Source of the DNA: an uncultured Bacteroidales bacterium
Lineage (GTDB): Bacteria > Bacteroidota > Bacteroidia > Bacteroidales > UBA10428
Reading direction: 5' to 3'
Length of the DNA: 64,000 nucleotides
NCBI GenBank assembly: GCA_964615995.1
Contig: CAZTSR010000017.1
Span: forward strand, 4,844-68,843
In this document: positions 27,545 through 38,140 of the stretch, piece after piece
How positions within the stretch are numbered: position 1 is the first letter of the stretch
Layout of the letters: each line of letters opens with the position of its first letter
Position numbers and translations under genes: made by a program
Notes under the pieces: generated by a model
Databases searched by the model: none
Seen by the model: the letters and a program-made list of their open reading frames with translations, nothing else
What the model was told of the DNA's origin: nothing

Positions 27545-28636
27545 TTAAAAATGCCATCCCTTAAGCGTTAAAAATGCCACCAGTACCAGGTTTACGAGAT
27601 TCACAGGAAGCAGGTACTTCCATTCGAGCGTAAGCAACTGGTCAATCCGCAGACGCGGGAAAGTCCATTTAAACAACATCATGATAAAAATCACAGCAAA
27701 GGTCTTGGCAAAAAACCAAATAAACGGCGGGATAAAATCCATTACATGGTTAAAAGCAGTGTCAGTACCAAAATGAAGGGGCATCCATCCTCCCAGGAAT
27801 ACTGTAGCGGCAATGGATGCTACGATGAACATGTTCATATATTCAGCCAGGAAGAAAAAGGCAAATTTAATTCCTGAATACTCGGTATGAAAACCTGCTG
27901 TAAGCTCTGATTCGGCCTCGGCCAGGTCAAAAGGTCCCCTGTTGGTTTCAGCCGTACTTGCAATGAGAAAAACAACAAAAGCAATTACAGCCGGTATATG
28001 TCCTTTAAAAACCCACCAGCCGTCGGCCTGGCTTTCAACAATGCCGGATAGCTGCATAGTGCCTGAAAACACAACAATTGTTAGAAGAGAAAGACCTACC
28101 GACAATTCGTAGCTGATCACCTGTGCGCCACTGCGCATAGCTCCGATAAGGGAGTATTTGCTGTTGCTTGACCACCCGGCCAGAAGAATTCCAACCACTC
28201 CTAAAGAGGAAACGGCTATAACATAAAATATCCCGATATTAAAATCAATGGCGTGCAAACCTTTTGAAAAAGGAATTGCAGCAATAGCCATAAATGACGC
28301 AATGATGACGATAAAGGGTGCAACATTAAACAGCAAAGTATCCGCATTTTTAATCGGTATCAACTCTTTCATCAAGAGCTTGATGAGGTCGGCAATGGTT
28401 TGAAAAATGCCAAACGGTCCTACCCTGTTTGGTCCCAAACGGTTTTGTACAAATGCGCATACTTTTCTTTCGGCATATACCAGAAAAAGTCCCACAAGCG
28501 CATAGAAAATCAAAAATACCAGTCCGATCAGCACCAGTTCAGCAAACTGGGCCCATCCGGCAGACATGGATGCCCGTAACCATGCATCGATGGAACGGGT
28601 TAGTTCTGAAAAGTCGTAAAGAATGGATATATTCAT
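27545..28636 (-). CDS. nuoH: NADH-quinone oxidoreductase subunit H
   Basis: ND1-family polytopic protein. The ORF track begins at a TTG (28675) that overlaps nuoD. The ATG at 28636 (MNISILYDF…) is the more likely start. Confidence 0.9.
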   Translation of the reverse strand: MNISILYDFSELTRSIDAWLRASMSAGWAQFAELVLIGLVFLIFYALVGLFLVYAERKVCAFVQNRLGPNRVGPFGIFQTIADLIKLLMKELIPIKNADTLLFNVAPFIVIIASFMAIAAIPFSKGLHAIDFNIGIFYVIAVSSLGVVGILLAGWSSNSKYSLIGAMRSGAQVISYELSVGLSLLTIVVFSGTMQLSGIVESQADGWWVFKGHIPAVIAFVVFLIASTAETNRGPFDLAEAESELTAGFHTEYSGIKFAFFFLAEYMNMFIVASIAATVFLGGWMPLHFGTDTAFNHVMDFIPPFIWFFAKTFAVIFIMMLFKWTFPRLRIDQLLTLEWKYLLPVNLVNLVLVAFLTLKGWHF

Positions 28637-28664
28637 TTGAAATGGTTCCAGGTTAACAGTTTGT

Positions 28665-29792
28665 TCAACGGTCAATATCGGGGATCACAAGATCCAGCGA
28701 TCCACTGATCGCAATCAGGTCGGCAATTTTATATCCTTCGGCCAGTTTCCCAATGATAAAAAGGTTGGAAAAATTGGGTGTTCTGAATTTTACACGGTAT
28801 GGATTCTTATTGCCATCGCTTACAATATAAACCCCCAGCTCGCCTCTAGCAGTTTCCACCCGCTGATAAAATTCTCCGACAGGAAGCTTTAATACGGCTT
28901 TCATTTTTACAGCATGATCGCCTTCAGGAATTTGGTCAACCAACTGTTCCAGAATATTCATGGATTCGTACATTTCTTCAATGCGCACTTTATATCTGGC
29001 CAGAGTATCACATTCTGTCCGGAGCACTTCACGGAACTGAACATTTGAATAAGCTCCATAGGGATCTATTTTGCGGATATCGCATGAATAATTGGAAGCT
29101 CTGGCTGCTGGTCCGGTAATTCCATAATCAATAGCATCTTCGCGCGACAGGATGGCTATATCCTTAGTACGTTCACGGAAAATCACATTTCCGGTTAAAA
29201 GTTGGTCGTATTCAGGCAGTTTTTTTCTGAAATAGGCATTAAACTCCTTTACCCTTTTTTGAAATCCCGGGTGAATATCGGTCATCAGTCCGCCCGGTGT
29301 ATTTACACTCTGTATAAGCCGGGTGCCGAATGATTCTTCAAAAATGTCCAGTATCTTTTCGCGGTCGCGCAAGCCATAGAAGAATGTTGTAAGTGCGCCC
29401 ATATCCATTCCCATGGCACTCCACCATAGCTGGTGAGAAGCAATACGGTTCAGTTCGTCCATCATAGCACGAATCACCTTCACACGTTCGGGAACTTCAA
29501 CATTCAAGGCTTTTTCAACACAAAGGCAGAATGCTTCATTATTCATGTGAGCAGACAGGTAGTCCATCCGGTCGGTGAGATGCACAATCTGCGGATAGGT
29601 GTCGTGTTCACACATTTTTTCAATTCCCCTGTGGATATAGCCACAATGGGGGGTAATTTTGCGAATGATTTCACCCTGTAGTGAAACTTCAAAGCGCAAT
29701 ACACCATGGGTGGAAGGATGCTGCGGACCCACATTTACAATGTAGTCTTCCTGTTCACCGAGGATGATATTTTTAACAGTTTCTTCCTGCAT
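28665..29792 (-). CDS. nuoD: NADH-quinone oxidoreductase subunit D (49-kDa)
   Basis: 375 aa with the motifs [12 protein letters not shown] and GYIHRGIEK, ending in …DLVIPDIDR. Confidence 0.95.
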   Translation of the reverse strand: MQEETVKNIILGEQEDYIVNVGPQHPSTHGVLRFEVSLQGEIIRKITPHCGYIHRGIEKMCEHDTYPQIVHLTDRMDYLSAHMNNEAFCLCVEKALNVEVPERVKVIRAMMDELNRIASHQLWWSAMGMDMGALTTFFYGLRDREKILDIFEESFGTRLIQSVNTPGGLMTDIHPGFQKRVKEFNAYFRKKLPEYDQLLTGNVIFRERTKDIAILSREDAIDYGITGPAARASNYSCDIRKIDPYGAYSNVQFREVLRTECDTLARYKVRIEEMYESMNILEQLVDQIPEGDHAVKMKAVLKLPVGEFYQRVETARGELGVYIVSDGNKNPYRVKFRTPNFSNLFIIGKLAEGYKIADLIAISGSLDLVIPDIDR

Positions 29793-29794
29793 GT

Positions 29795-30247
29795 TTATTT
29801 TACAATCATTCGTGATTCATCGGTAAAGTCCTTGCGTAAAGGAAATCCATATCCTTCATCCATAAAAAGACGTGTGAGATCAGGATGGTTGTTAAAGGCG
29901 ATTCCGAAGAGGTCAAAAACTTCCCTTTCATGAAACTCAGCCGTTTTCCATATATCAGAAACCGTGTCGATTTGAGGGTTCTGGCGGTCGTTGATCTGTG
30001 ATTTCACAACCAGGACATGCCTGTATTCTGTTGATGTCAGGTGGTATACCATTGTAAAGTGCGTATTCCAGTCGACTGCCGTTTCACTCATCAGATAATC
30101 GAATTTCAGATCAGCAGCAGATTTCAACTGAGAACAGAACGCATGCAATTGATCTGAAGGTATTTGAATCTCAGTATATTGCGGATTTTCGTTAAATATC
30201 AAATCCGGCAACAGAAGTTGCAATTTTTGTTTCAGGACAAGATCCAT
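29795..30247 (-). CDS. nuoC: NADH-quinone oxidoreductase subunit C (30-kDa)
   Basis: 150 aa with …ERE(V)FDLFGI.F..HPDL.R… It is a separate gene from nuoD. Confidence 0.9.
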   Translation of the reverse strand: MDLVLKQKLQLLLPDLIFNENPQYTEIQIPSDQLHAFCSQLKSAADLKFDYLMSETAVDWNTHFTMVYHLTSTEYRHVLVVKSQINDRQNPQIDTVSDIWKTAEFHEREVFDLFGIAFNNHPDLTRLFMDEGYGFPLRKDFTDESRMIVK

Positions 30248-30250
30248 ACT

Positions 30251-30823
30251 TTAAGTTGTAAGTGATTCTGCGGGAGGCGCTTGTTTACCGGCAGAAAAAT
30301 TCCGTTCGGTTTTAATTTTCCTTTGCAGCTGCATAATTCCATATAACAGTGCTTCGGGCCGGGGCGGACAACCGGGAATAAATACATCAACCGGAATAAT
30401 CTGATCGACACCCCTGACAACAGAATAGGAATTATAGTAAAAAGGCCCGCCACTAATGGCACAAGAGCCCATGGCAATGACATATTTCGGATCGGCCATC
30501 TGGTCGTACAAGCGTTTCAACACAGGTGCCATTTTGTGAACAATAGTGCCAGCCACAACAATAACATCGGCCTGGCGCGGACTTGCGCGGTATACTTCAA
30601 CTCCGAACCGGGCAAAATCGTTATGCGGGGCACCGGCTGCCATCATTTCGATCCCGCAACAGCTGGTGGCAAATGTAAGAGGCCATACCGAGTTTGACCT
30701 CCCCCAGTTGATGATGTCATCAATGGTGCTTAGTATAACGTTTCCACCTGCTTTATTAAGAATTTCAAGGGTTTCGTTATCCTTGAAATCCTCATATTTC
30801 ATAGATTTTATTTTTATACCCAT
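30251..30823 (-). CDS. nuoB: NADH-quinone oxidoreductase subunit B (N2 cluster, 20-kDa)
   Basis: Motifs [20 protein letters not shown] and [10 protein letters not shown]. Confidence 0.95.
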   Translation of the reverse strand: MGIKIKSMKYEDFKDNETLEILNKAGGNVILSTIDDIINWGRSNSVWPLTFATSCCGIEMMAAGAPHNDFARFGVEVYRASPRQADVIVVAGTIVHKMAPVLKRLYDQMADPKYVIAMGSCAISGGPFYYNSYSVVRGVDQIIPVDVFIPGCPPRPEALLYGIMQLQRKIKTERNFSAGKQAPPAESLTT

Positions 30824-31164
30824 TTCAATGCATCTTTACGCCAGGCATATAACAGGCCCAGGCCCAGAATGGCAAAAAATATTAATATTTCAACAAATGC
30901 CCGCATACCAATTTCCTTCATCACTACTGCCCATGGGAAAATAAATACTGTTTCCACATCAAAAACAAGATATACAATAGCAAATAGGTAATAACCAACG
31001 TTGAATTGAATCCAGGCGGGACTTTTCACCGGTATTCCGCATTCATAAGGTTCGGATTTTGCAGGGTTTACCGATGAGGGAGCCAGAAAGTGCGCAAAAA
31101 GTACTGCGCCTCCTACAAGAACGACTCCAATTAGAAAAAAAAGAACGAGTGTCTCACTACTCAT
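30814..31164 (-). CDS. nuoA: NADH-quinone oxidoreductase subunit A
   Basis: About 116 aa with 3 TM segments (…EPYECG…). The ATG at 31164 is preferred over the TTG at 31170 given in the ORF track. Confidence 0.9.
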   Translation of the reverse strand: MSSETLVLFFLIGVVLVGGAVLFAHFLAPSSVNPAKSEPYECGIPVKSPAWIQFNVGYYLFAIVYLVFDVETVFIFPWAVVMKEIGMRAFVEILIFFAILGLGLLYAWRKDALKWV

Positions 31165-31271
31165 AGCCAAAATGTGTTAGCCTTTGAAATCGGGCGCTAA
31201 TATAGTAAAAAACCGAAATGATAATCCCATTACGGGGAAAATGATGTAATTTAGCATCATTCAAAAGACCT

Positions 31272-32558
31272 ATGAACTTAACAAACATTCCTGATACACA
31301 ACAAAAAAGAGTTGTTATTGCCGGAGCCGGATTTGGAGGATTGAAGCTTGCACGGCATCTGGCACAGAGAAATTTCCAGGTAGTTTTACTTGATAAGAAC
31401 AATTACCATTCGTTTCAACCCTTATTTTACCAGGTTTCCACTGCCGGTATTGAACCCAGCGCCATTGCTTTTCCATTGCGTAAAGCTTTTCAAAAGTTTC
31501 CGAATGTACATGTAAGGATAGCGAGGGTATTGCGCATTCATACAAATGCGCAAACATTAGATACAAATATAGGTTCTCTGCATTACGATTTTCTGGTAAT
31601 TGCATTGGGTGCCGGAAACAACTTCTTTGGCAACGAGGCCATCACCAAATATGCACTTCCCATGAAGAGCATTGGTGAGTCGCTCGGATTGCGGAACACC
31701 TTATTAAATAATTTTGAGCAGGCGCTGAACACTGAGGATGCCGAAGAACAAACAGCCCTGCTAAACCTGGTTATTGTTGGAGGTGGACCAACCGGTGTAG
31801 AATTGTCCGGTGCACTTTCAGAAATGAAGCATTATGTATTGCCGAACGACTATCCTGAACTGGATTTCAACCGGATGAAGATCTATCTTGTTGAAGGAGG
31901 GAATCAGGTTCTGGGAGCCATGTCTGAAAAATCGCAGTTTAAAGCACTCGAATATATCAAGTCGATGGGGGTTGAGCTTTTGCTGGGGAAAACAGTGACC
32001 AACTATGACGGAAAGACTGTTTTTTTAAGCGACAATTCCGAAATAAAGTCATATACACTGATATGGGCTGCAGGTATTAAAGGCAACATTCTTGAAGGTT
32101 TAAATAAAGAGGTTATCGCAATGGGTAACCGCATTAAGGTAGATGCTTTTAACCGGGTGGAAGGGTATGAAAACATTTTTGCCATAGGCGATATTGCACT
32201 TATGGCCAGTGAACAATACCCGAAAGGCCATCCACAGGTTGCGCAGGGGGCTATACAGCAGGCTAAAACCTTGGCCAAAAATCTCGCAAGGATGATCAGC
32301 AATAAGCCAATGAGGCCTTTTAAATACCACGACCTGGGCACCCTTGCTACAATCGGCAGGAACAAAGCTGTTGTAGATCTTCCATATATCCGGTTCCAGG
32401 GTGGGCTGGCATGGCTTTTCTGGATGTTTATACACCTGATGTCAATTGTTGGAGTGAAAAACCGGCTGCTGATCTTTATCAACTGGGCTTACCATTATTT
32501 TACCTACGACCAGAGTCTGCGACTGATCATCAAGCCTAAAATCAGGGAAGGTTTGTAA
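31272..32558 (+). CDS. ndh: Type II NADH:quinone oxidoreductase (NDH-2)
   Basis: 428 aa with two dinucleotide-binding motifs, VVIAGAGFGGL and VIVGGGPTGVELSG. It is divergent from nuoA. Confidence 0.9.
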   Translation: MNLTNIPDTQQKRVVIAGAGFGGLKLARHLAQRNFQVVLLDKNNYHSFQPLFYQVSTAGIEPSAIAFPLRKAFQKFPNVHVRIARVLRIHTNAQTLDTNIGSLHYDFLVIALGAGNNFFGNEAITKYALPMKSIGESLGLRNTLLNNFEQALNTEDAEEQTALLNLVIVGGGPTGVELSGALSEMKHYVLPNDYPELDFNRMKIYLVEGGNQVLGAMSEKSQFKALEYIKSMGVELLLGKTVTNYDGKTVFLSDNSEIKSYTLIWAAGIKGNILEGLNKEVIAMGNRIKVDAFNRVEGYENIFAIGDIALMASEQYPKGHPQVAQGAIQQAKTLAKNLARMISNKPMRPFKYHDLGTLATIGRNKAVVDLPYIRFQGGLAWLFWMFIHLMSIVGVKNRLLIFINWAYHYFTYDQSLRLIIKPKIREGL

Positions 32559-32647
32559 GCAGGGCTGGTTAAAACTCAGCAGGTAATTTCCGCAGCTGGC
32601 TGTATGTAAAAACGGGATTTAGTCAAAAAATGAAATCGTAAAAAAAC

Positions 32648-32673
32648 GGGCCGTGTGCATAAGCACACGGCCC
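32648..32673. terminator. Bidirectional terminator between ndh and the pyrophosphatase gene
   Basis: Stem gggccgtgtgc-ataa-gcacacggccc, an 11-bp perfect GC-rich stem. An A-run lies upstream and a T-rich run downstream. Confidence 0.8.
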
Positions 32674-32697
32674 GAAATTTTATGGTTATTATGAATA

Positions 32698-35181
32698 TTA
32701 ATTCAATGTTACAACTTCAGCTTCCTGGGCAACAGCTTTCGTTTCTTTTTTCATGCCTACTTTCGGATTTTCATTGGAAATCCTCATGGAATAGAATGAA
32801 CGGTATACGAATACAAGCGCAACAGCCATCATTACCAGACCTACAATTAAAGTATAGTCAAATGCACCGGCATTGCGAGCTGCCAGTTTCATATTAACGG
32901 CGATTTCCACTGCAAGCAAACCAAACAGTGTTGAAAACTTGATAATTGGGTTGAGGGCAACAGAAGTAGTGTCTTTGAAAGGATCACCAACTGTATCACC
33001 AATCACGGTAGCATCATGGAGTGGAGTATTCTTTTCTCTCATGTCCACTTCAACAAATTTCTTGGCATTGTCCCATGCGCCACCGGCATTAGCCATATAG
33101 ATAGCCTGGAATAAACCAAAAATGGCAATGGAGATCAGGTAAGATACAAAGAAATTGGGATCGATAAATGCAAAAGCCAGTGTAAAGGCCATCAGTGCAA
33201 TAAAGATATTCCACATTCCTTTTTGAGCATACTGTGTACAGATTTTTACAACAGCCTTGGAATCTTCAATATCAGCTTCTTTCTTGTCAAGATTGATGTT
33301 CTTCTTGATAAATTCAACAGCACGATATGCACCGGCAGCAACAGCCTGTATGGAAGCACCGCTAAACCAGTATACAACAGCTCCACCACAAACAAAGCCA
33401 ATGATTACAGGAGCTTCGGTGAGTTCAAGAGCAAGAAGACCAAGTTTCTTCAATAATAAGATAATTGAGAAGATCATTGTGGTAGCACCAATTACGGCAG
33501 TACCGATCAGAACCGGCTTAGCTGTAGCCTTGAAGGTATTACCTGCTGAGTCGTTTTCTTCGAGATAGAGTTTGCCCTGTTCAAAATCAGGTGTAAAGCC
33601 AAAATCTTTTTTAATTTCCTCTTTAATGCCGGGGATACTTTCAGTCTGTGCTAATTCAAATACAGACTGAGCGTTGTCGGTAACAGGACCATAGCTGTCG
33701 ACAGCAATGTTAACAGGGCCCATACAAAGGAAACCGAAAGCAACCAATCCGAAAGCAAAGATGGATGAATAACCAATGATGTCAGCTAATCCCAATTGGC
33801 TAACCAGATAGGCGATGGTCATAAGACCAGCTATAAGGATGCCTTTCCAGAAAGCGCTGAAATTGCCGGAAACAATACCGGAAAGAATGGTAAGAGAAGC
33901 GCCACCTTCTTTAGAAGCGTTTACAATTTCGTGAACATGCTTGGATTGTGCACTGGTAAAGAGCTTTGTGAATTCGGGGATCAGGACAGCAGCAAGCGTA
34001 CCACAGCTAATGATGGTGGCAAGTTTCCACCACATGGTAGGATAAGCAACACCATCAACAGTAAGTGTTCCGATAAGCAGGTAACTCATTACAAAAGTAG
34101 TGGCAATAGACATGATGCTGGCAATCCAGATCAAACGTGCCAATGGTTCTTCAAAATTAAAGTTCTTCAAATTTGAATATTTGGATTTGCTGATTGTCTG
34201 GTTGATGGAGAAAGAAACAGCTGACATAAAGTCCATCAGGAAACGCATTGCAAAAATCCAAACGATAAGAGTAGCCTGAATCATAGGCTCTTTAACAGCC
34301 AAAGTAATAAAGGAAATTAAAGCAACACCGGTTACACCATAAGTTTCAAAACCATCTGCTGTAGGGCCAACGCTGTCACCAGCATTGTCACCAGTGCAGT
34401 CGGCAATAACGCCAGGGTTTCTGGGATCATCTTCCTTAATATGGAAAACGATTTTCATCAGGTCGGATCCGATATCAGCAATCTTGGTAAAGATGCCACC
34501 GGCGATCCTCAAGGCGCTAGCGCCCAAGGATTCACCAATGGCAAATCCCAAAAAGCAATATCCTACTATATCGCGCGGTACGAAAAGGAGAATGAAAACC
34601 ATCATAATCAGTTCAAGGCTGATCAGGAACAATCCGATACTCATACCGGCACGCAGGGGAATGGAAACAACATCCCAGGGTTTACCTCTTAATGAAGCAA
34701 ATGCAGTGCGTGCATTTGCATAGGTATTCACCCGGATGCCATACCATGCAACACTGTATGAACCGGCCATCCCGATCACAGAGAATAACAGTACCAGAAA
34801 GACAACTGAAGCACTTGAACCTACCAGAGCGAAAAAATAATAGGCCATTGCCACGCCAATAATGGCAAATAAGATTAATAAAAACTTACCCTGTTGTATG
34901 AGATAAGTTTTGCAAGTTTCGTAAATTGTTGCGGCCACATTCAACATCGACTTGTGTGCCGGAAGCTTTTTAACTGAACGGAATAAGGTTAAACTTACCG
35001 TTAATGTGAAAACAATAACAACTGAACCATAGAGCAACAAATGCCATGCATCCAGTCCGAAATTTGAAAAGAAACCCTGACGCAAATCAGGAATCGCCAA
35101 ATCTGCCTCACTGGCCATGGCAGGGAGACCACAAACCAGTAACATCCCAATTAAAATTACTATATGTTTAAAGTATCTCAT
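32698..35181 (-). CDS. hppA: Membrane-bound ion-translocating pyrophosphatase (M-PPase)
   Basis: About 827 aa from the ATG at 35181 (MRYFKHIVILIG…). Motifs are DPRNPGVIADCTGDNAGDSVGPTADGFETY, AGNTFKATAKP, DNAKKFVE and VIGDTVGDPFKDT. Confidence 0.93.
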   Translation of the reverse strand: MRYFKHIVILIGMLLVCGLPAMASEADLAIPDLRQGFFSNFGLDAWHLLLYGSVVIVFTLTVSLTLFRSVKKLPAHKSMLNVAATIYETCKTYLIQQGKFLLILFAIIGVAMAYYFFALVGSSASVVFLVLLFSVIGMAGSYSVAWYGIRVNTYANARTAFASLRGKPWDVVSIPLRAGMSIGLFLISLELIMMVFILLFVPRDIVGYCFLGFAIGESLGASALRIAGGIFTKIADIGSDLMKIVFHIKEDDPRNPGVIADCTGDNAGDSVGPTADGFETYGVTGVALISFITLAVKEPMIQATLIVWIFAMRFLMDFMSAVSFSINQTISKSKYSNLKNFNFEEPLARLIWIASIMSIATTFVMSYLLIGTLTVDGVAYPTMWWKLATIISCGTLAAVLIPEFTKLFTSAQSKHVHEIVNASKEGGASLTILSGIVSGNFSAFWKGILIAGLMTIAYLVSQLGLADIIGYSSIFAFGLVAFGFLCMGPVNIAVDSYGPVTDNAQSVFELAQTESIPGIKEEIKKDFGFTPDFEQGKLYLEENDSAGNTFKATAKPVLIGTAVIGATTMIFSIILLLKKLGLLALELTEAPVIIGFVCGGAVVYWFSGASIQAVAAGAYRAVEFIKKNINLDKKEADIEDSKAVVKICTQYAQKGMWNIFIALMAFTLAFAFIDPNFFVSYLISIAIFGLFQAIYMANAGGAWDNAKKFVEVDMREKNTPLHDATVIGDTVGDPFKDTTSVALNPIIKFSTLFGLLAVEIAVNMKLAARNAGAFDYTLIVGLVMMAVALVFVYRSFYSMRISNENPKVGMKKETKAVAQEAEVVTLN

Positions 35182-35333
35182 AATGAAAATATTAATGTAT
35201 ATAAATTGGTACAAAAAAAATAAATATACGTTTTCAAATCGTCGTTTTGCTACTTAGGCAAAAACGGACGCGGTCAATAAAATCAGAACAGTTTAGTGTG
35301 TTTTTGAATGGGAGTTGGTAATTCGGCAAATGC

Positions 35334-35684
35334 TTAAACCTGTATTTTACACAGGAAAACCGAATCATTCCTAAGGGGCCCTATGAAGGAGGCAGATTGG
35401 AAACGTTGTGTTAAATGAAATTCATTTAACAGTTTTTTACAACCTGCTGAAGAACTGAAAATGGAAGGCCTTTCGCTCCATGTATTCTGAGTAACAACAA
35501 TTGGTTCTACACGCTCTATATCGCGTGAATTGCGTTCAAACGGCCAATGAGCCTGAAAGGCCAGCCGATTATTCTCAAAAGACTTCTGTCTAATAGCGAA
35601 AGAGGAATTCAAAATTTCCGTGAAATGATAATGGTCCAGTAAGATGCAGAAGCAATGGAATAAAATCCATGTAAGAATGATCAT
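35334..35684 (-). CDS. Hypothetical small membrane-anchored protein
   Basis: The ORF track gives 35334..35708 with a GTG start. The ATG at 35684 gives a hydrophobic N-terminus, MIILTWILFHCFCILL. A perfect -7 box lies just upstream. No family recognised. Confidence 0.35.
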   Translation of the reverse strand: MIILTWILFHCFCILLDHYHFTEILNSSFAIRQKSFENNRLAFQAHWPFERNSRDIERVEPIVVTQNTWSERPSIFSSSAGCKKLLNEFHLTQRFQSASFIGPLRNDSVFLCKIQV

Positions 35685-35731
35685 CCTTGTTCCCCTGCAA
35701 ATTTTCACGGCACTTTTTATTTTTCCGTGTG

Positions 35732-35739
35732 CAAAAGTA
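35732..35739 (-). promoter_or_regulatory. Candidate -7 box (TACTTTTG on the minus strand)
   Basis: The + strand reads caaaagta. This is a perfect TAnnTTTG ~25-50 nt upstream of the small ORF's start candidates. Confidence 0.4.
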
Positions 35740-35851
35740 ATTGAGAAGTTAAATAAAATGAAATTTTATGCGGAAAAATACATTACAAGCCATAATTTAG
35801 AGTGCATATAAATAACTACAACCTCAGAAATCCAACCTGTTCAGACGGTCT

Positions 35852-37654
35852 TTATTTTGCTTCGGGCCTTGGGACTGCAATTGTAAACATAAACGCGCTG
35901 CCCTTGTTTACGGTAGATTCAACCCATATCCTGCCCCCCATCCTTTCCACAAATTCCCTGCTCAGTTTAAGTCCAAGACCTGTTCCTTGTTCATTTTCAG
36001 TGCCCGGAACCGAATATTTAGAATCGATATTAAAAATACCATCCCTGTATTCTTCAGGGATACCCGTGCCATAATCTTTAACAGAGACAGTGATTTCATC
36101 AGGGCCGTTAATTGCTTTAACAAGAATTTTATGAGATCTGAATGAAAATTTAAGCGCATTGCTCATGAGATTCCTGATCACTGTACTGAGCATATTTTTA
36201 TCAGCATATACAACCAGATGATCTTTAATTCTTGCATCAATGGTAATTTCTTTATTGATGCAAAAAAGTTCCAGATTTGAAATATTCTCCTCTACCAGAT
36301 TCTTTAAATTCACTATTTCAGGATTATACTTGAGATTACCTGTTTGCGACCTCGACCAATCCAGCAAATTCTGCAAAATGGCATAGCCACTTTTAGCTGA
36401 ATCATTCAGAATAATGGCCAGTTTTTTAATATGATCCAGGTCCAGATGTTCTATATTCTGGAACAATAATTCTGAAGAACCCAATAAGCTGGTAAAAGGA
36501 TTCTTTAAATCGTGTGCGACAATATTAAAAAATTTGTCTTTAGTGGCGTTCAACTCCTGGAGTTGTTGTTCATTCTTTCTCAGTGCCTGTTCTGCCTGAA
36601 TTCGTTCAAACAGCTCTTTGTTCAGCTGTTCGTTAACCTCTTCAAGATCTTTAGTCCTTTCACATACTTTCACTTCCAGATCCTTTGCCAGCAAACGATA
36701 GCGATCTTCGCTAATACGCAACTCGGATTCAATAAAACGGCGTTGGATATTGAGTGAAGTCTGGCTGCAAATGGCTTCAATAATCTTAATGTCTTCATCG
36801 GGGATGATTGTCTGGCAGAAAATGATCAATCCCCCATAAAACGATTTCTGACGGTGAAATCCAATCGCATAAACATAATGAATATGAGCCCTGTCTTCCA
36901 TTTGTTTTCGCGCAAGCTGATTGATTGCCCTTTCACATACTTCATAAATCACTTCATCAATTCTTTCAATATGGTTCTTACAAACAGCCAACAGTTTGCT
37001 TTTTCCATTTCGGCTGAGCTCAATCAGCGGATGACTCAATTGGAACCCAGTAATTTGACTGATTTCATCAAACCAGGGCGTCATCCACTCGATGCCTGAA
37101 AGACGCAGAATATCTGACTGAGGAAAATCAAAAGCCAGAGCCTGTGATTTACTAACAAGAATTTTGATATTTCTGCATATGATCTTAAGGGTAGCAGGAA
37201 TATCCTCATATTCATTGAGTGCCGCCGTGCATTCGGACAATATGGAAAACCTCTTAACATTAAGCTTTTGAAGATTCTGGATTTTCTTTCGCTCCATACT
37301 GTATTTGATGCTTCTTAAAATAATATCGGAAGTCAGGCGGTCTTTAACAAGGTAATCCTGTGCACCCTCTCTTAATGAAGCCAGGGCTAAGTCTTCGTCA
37401 TCCATACCGGTCATAATAATTATCGGGATATTTGCATTTATGGTATGTATTTTTTTTAAAGTATCCAGGCCAATACTGTCAGGCAATCCGAAGTCCAGCA
37501 GGATGATATCATAATGGTATTCAGAACACAACTTTAATGTATCCCGCAGTGTAGATACATGGGTAAACTGAAAACTGAATCCGGCAGATTTCAGCATTTC
37601 CCTTATCATGAAAACATCTCCCGGATTGTCTTCGATCAATAATATGCTCAGCAT
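35852..37654 (-). CDS. Hybrid response-regulator/histidine kinase (REC - sensory region - coiled coil - HisKA - HATPase_c)
   Basis: N-terminal receiver (ILLIEDNPGD…IILLDFGLPD). H-box FFNIVAHDLKNPFTSL, N-box VIRNLMSNALKFS, G-boxes DYGTGIP and GTGLGLKLS. No TM segments. Confidence 0.9.
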   Translation of the reverse strand: MLSILLIEDNPGDVFMIREMLKSAGFSFQFTHVSTLRDTLKLCSEYHYDIILLDFGLPDSIGLDTLKKIHTINANIPIIIMTGMDDEDLALASLREGAQDYLVKDRLTSDIILRSIKYSMERKKIQNLQKLNVKRFSILSECTAALNEYEDIPATLKIICRNIKILVSKSQALAFDFPQSDILRLSGIEWMTPWFDEISQITGFQLSHPLIELSRNGKSKLLAVCKNHIERIDEVIYEVCERAINQLARKQMEDRAHIHYVYAIGFHRQKSFYGGLIIFCQTIIPDEDIKIIEAICSQTSLNIQRRFIESELRISEDRYRLLAKDLEVKVCERTKDLEEVNEQLNKELFERIQAEQALRKNEQQLQELNATKDKFFNIVAHDLKNPFTSLLGSSELLFQNIEHLDLDHIKKLAIILNDSAKSGYAILQNLLDWSRSQTGNLKYNPEIVNLKNLVEENISNLELFCINKEITIDARIKDHLVVYADKNMLSTVIRNLMSNALKFSFRSHKILVKAINGPDEITVSVKDYGTGIPEEYRDGIFNIDSKYSVPGTENEQGTGLGLKLSREFVERMGGRIWVESTVNKGSAFMFTIAVPRPEAK

Positions 37655-37959
37655 GGGTTAAGGTATGATTTGAGTTTACAATAATGCCGTGACCAATTCC
37701 ACATGGAAGGTGAATCAACTATTGAAAGCCGGAGATCTTCCATCGATTCAACAACCACGTTATATTGCTTCAGATCAACAGACTTAGTATTATAACAATC
37801 TGAAAAGAGGTTATATGATTCAGGAATATCTTCCTCACTCCGGATAATGGCTCCAGGAACAACCGGCAGATGCCGAAGATACTCATGACAATAACTGATC
37901 TTTTTCTGCATAACAAGAGAAAGCATTGAAAATAAATTACGTATAAAATTATATTTCAA
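37648..37959 (-). CDS. Hypothetical protein, translationally coupled to the REC-HK gene
   Basis: 103-aa ORF whose stop overlaps the downstream ATG (ATGCTGA, a 7-nt overlap). No family recognised. Confidence 0.4.
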   Translation of the reverse strand: MKYNFIRNLFSMLSLVMQKKISYCHEYLRHLPVVPGAIIRSEEDIPESYNLFSDCYNTKSVDLKQYNVVVESMEDLRLSIVDSPSMWNWSRHYCKLKSYLNPC

Positions 37960-38140
37960 TTAATTGATCCATCACAAGCTCAAAAGAATAAACCATGGTT
38001 TCAAAATAATGCATTTGTTATAGAGACAATTGGGAGGTAAAAGAGTTCTGAACCCAAAAATTAAGTAACTTTACATATGAAAAGGTACTGTGCCTCTTAC
38101 GTGCTAAACATCCTTCTAACAATGTAAAGAGCAAGAATTT

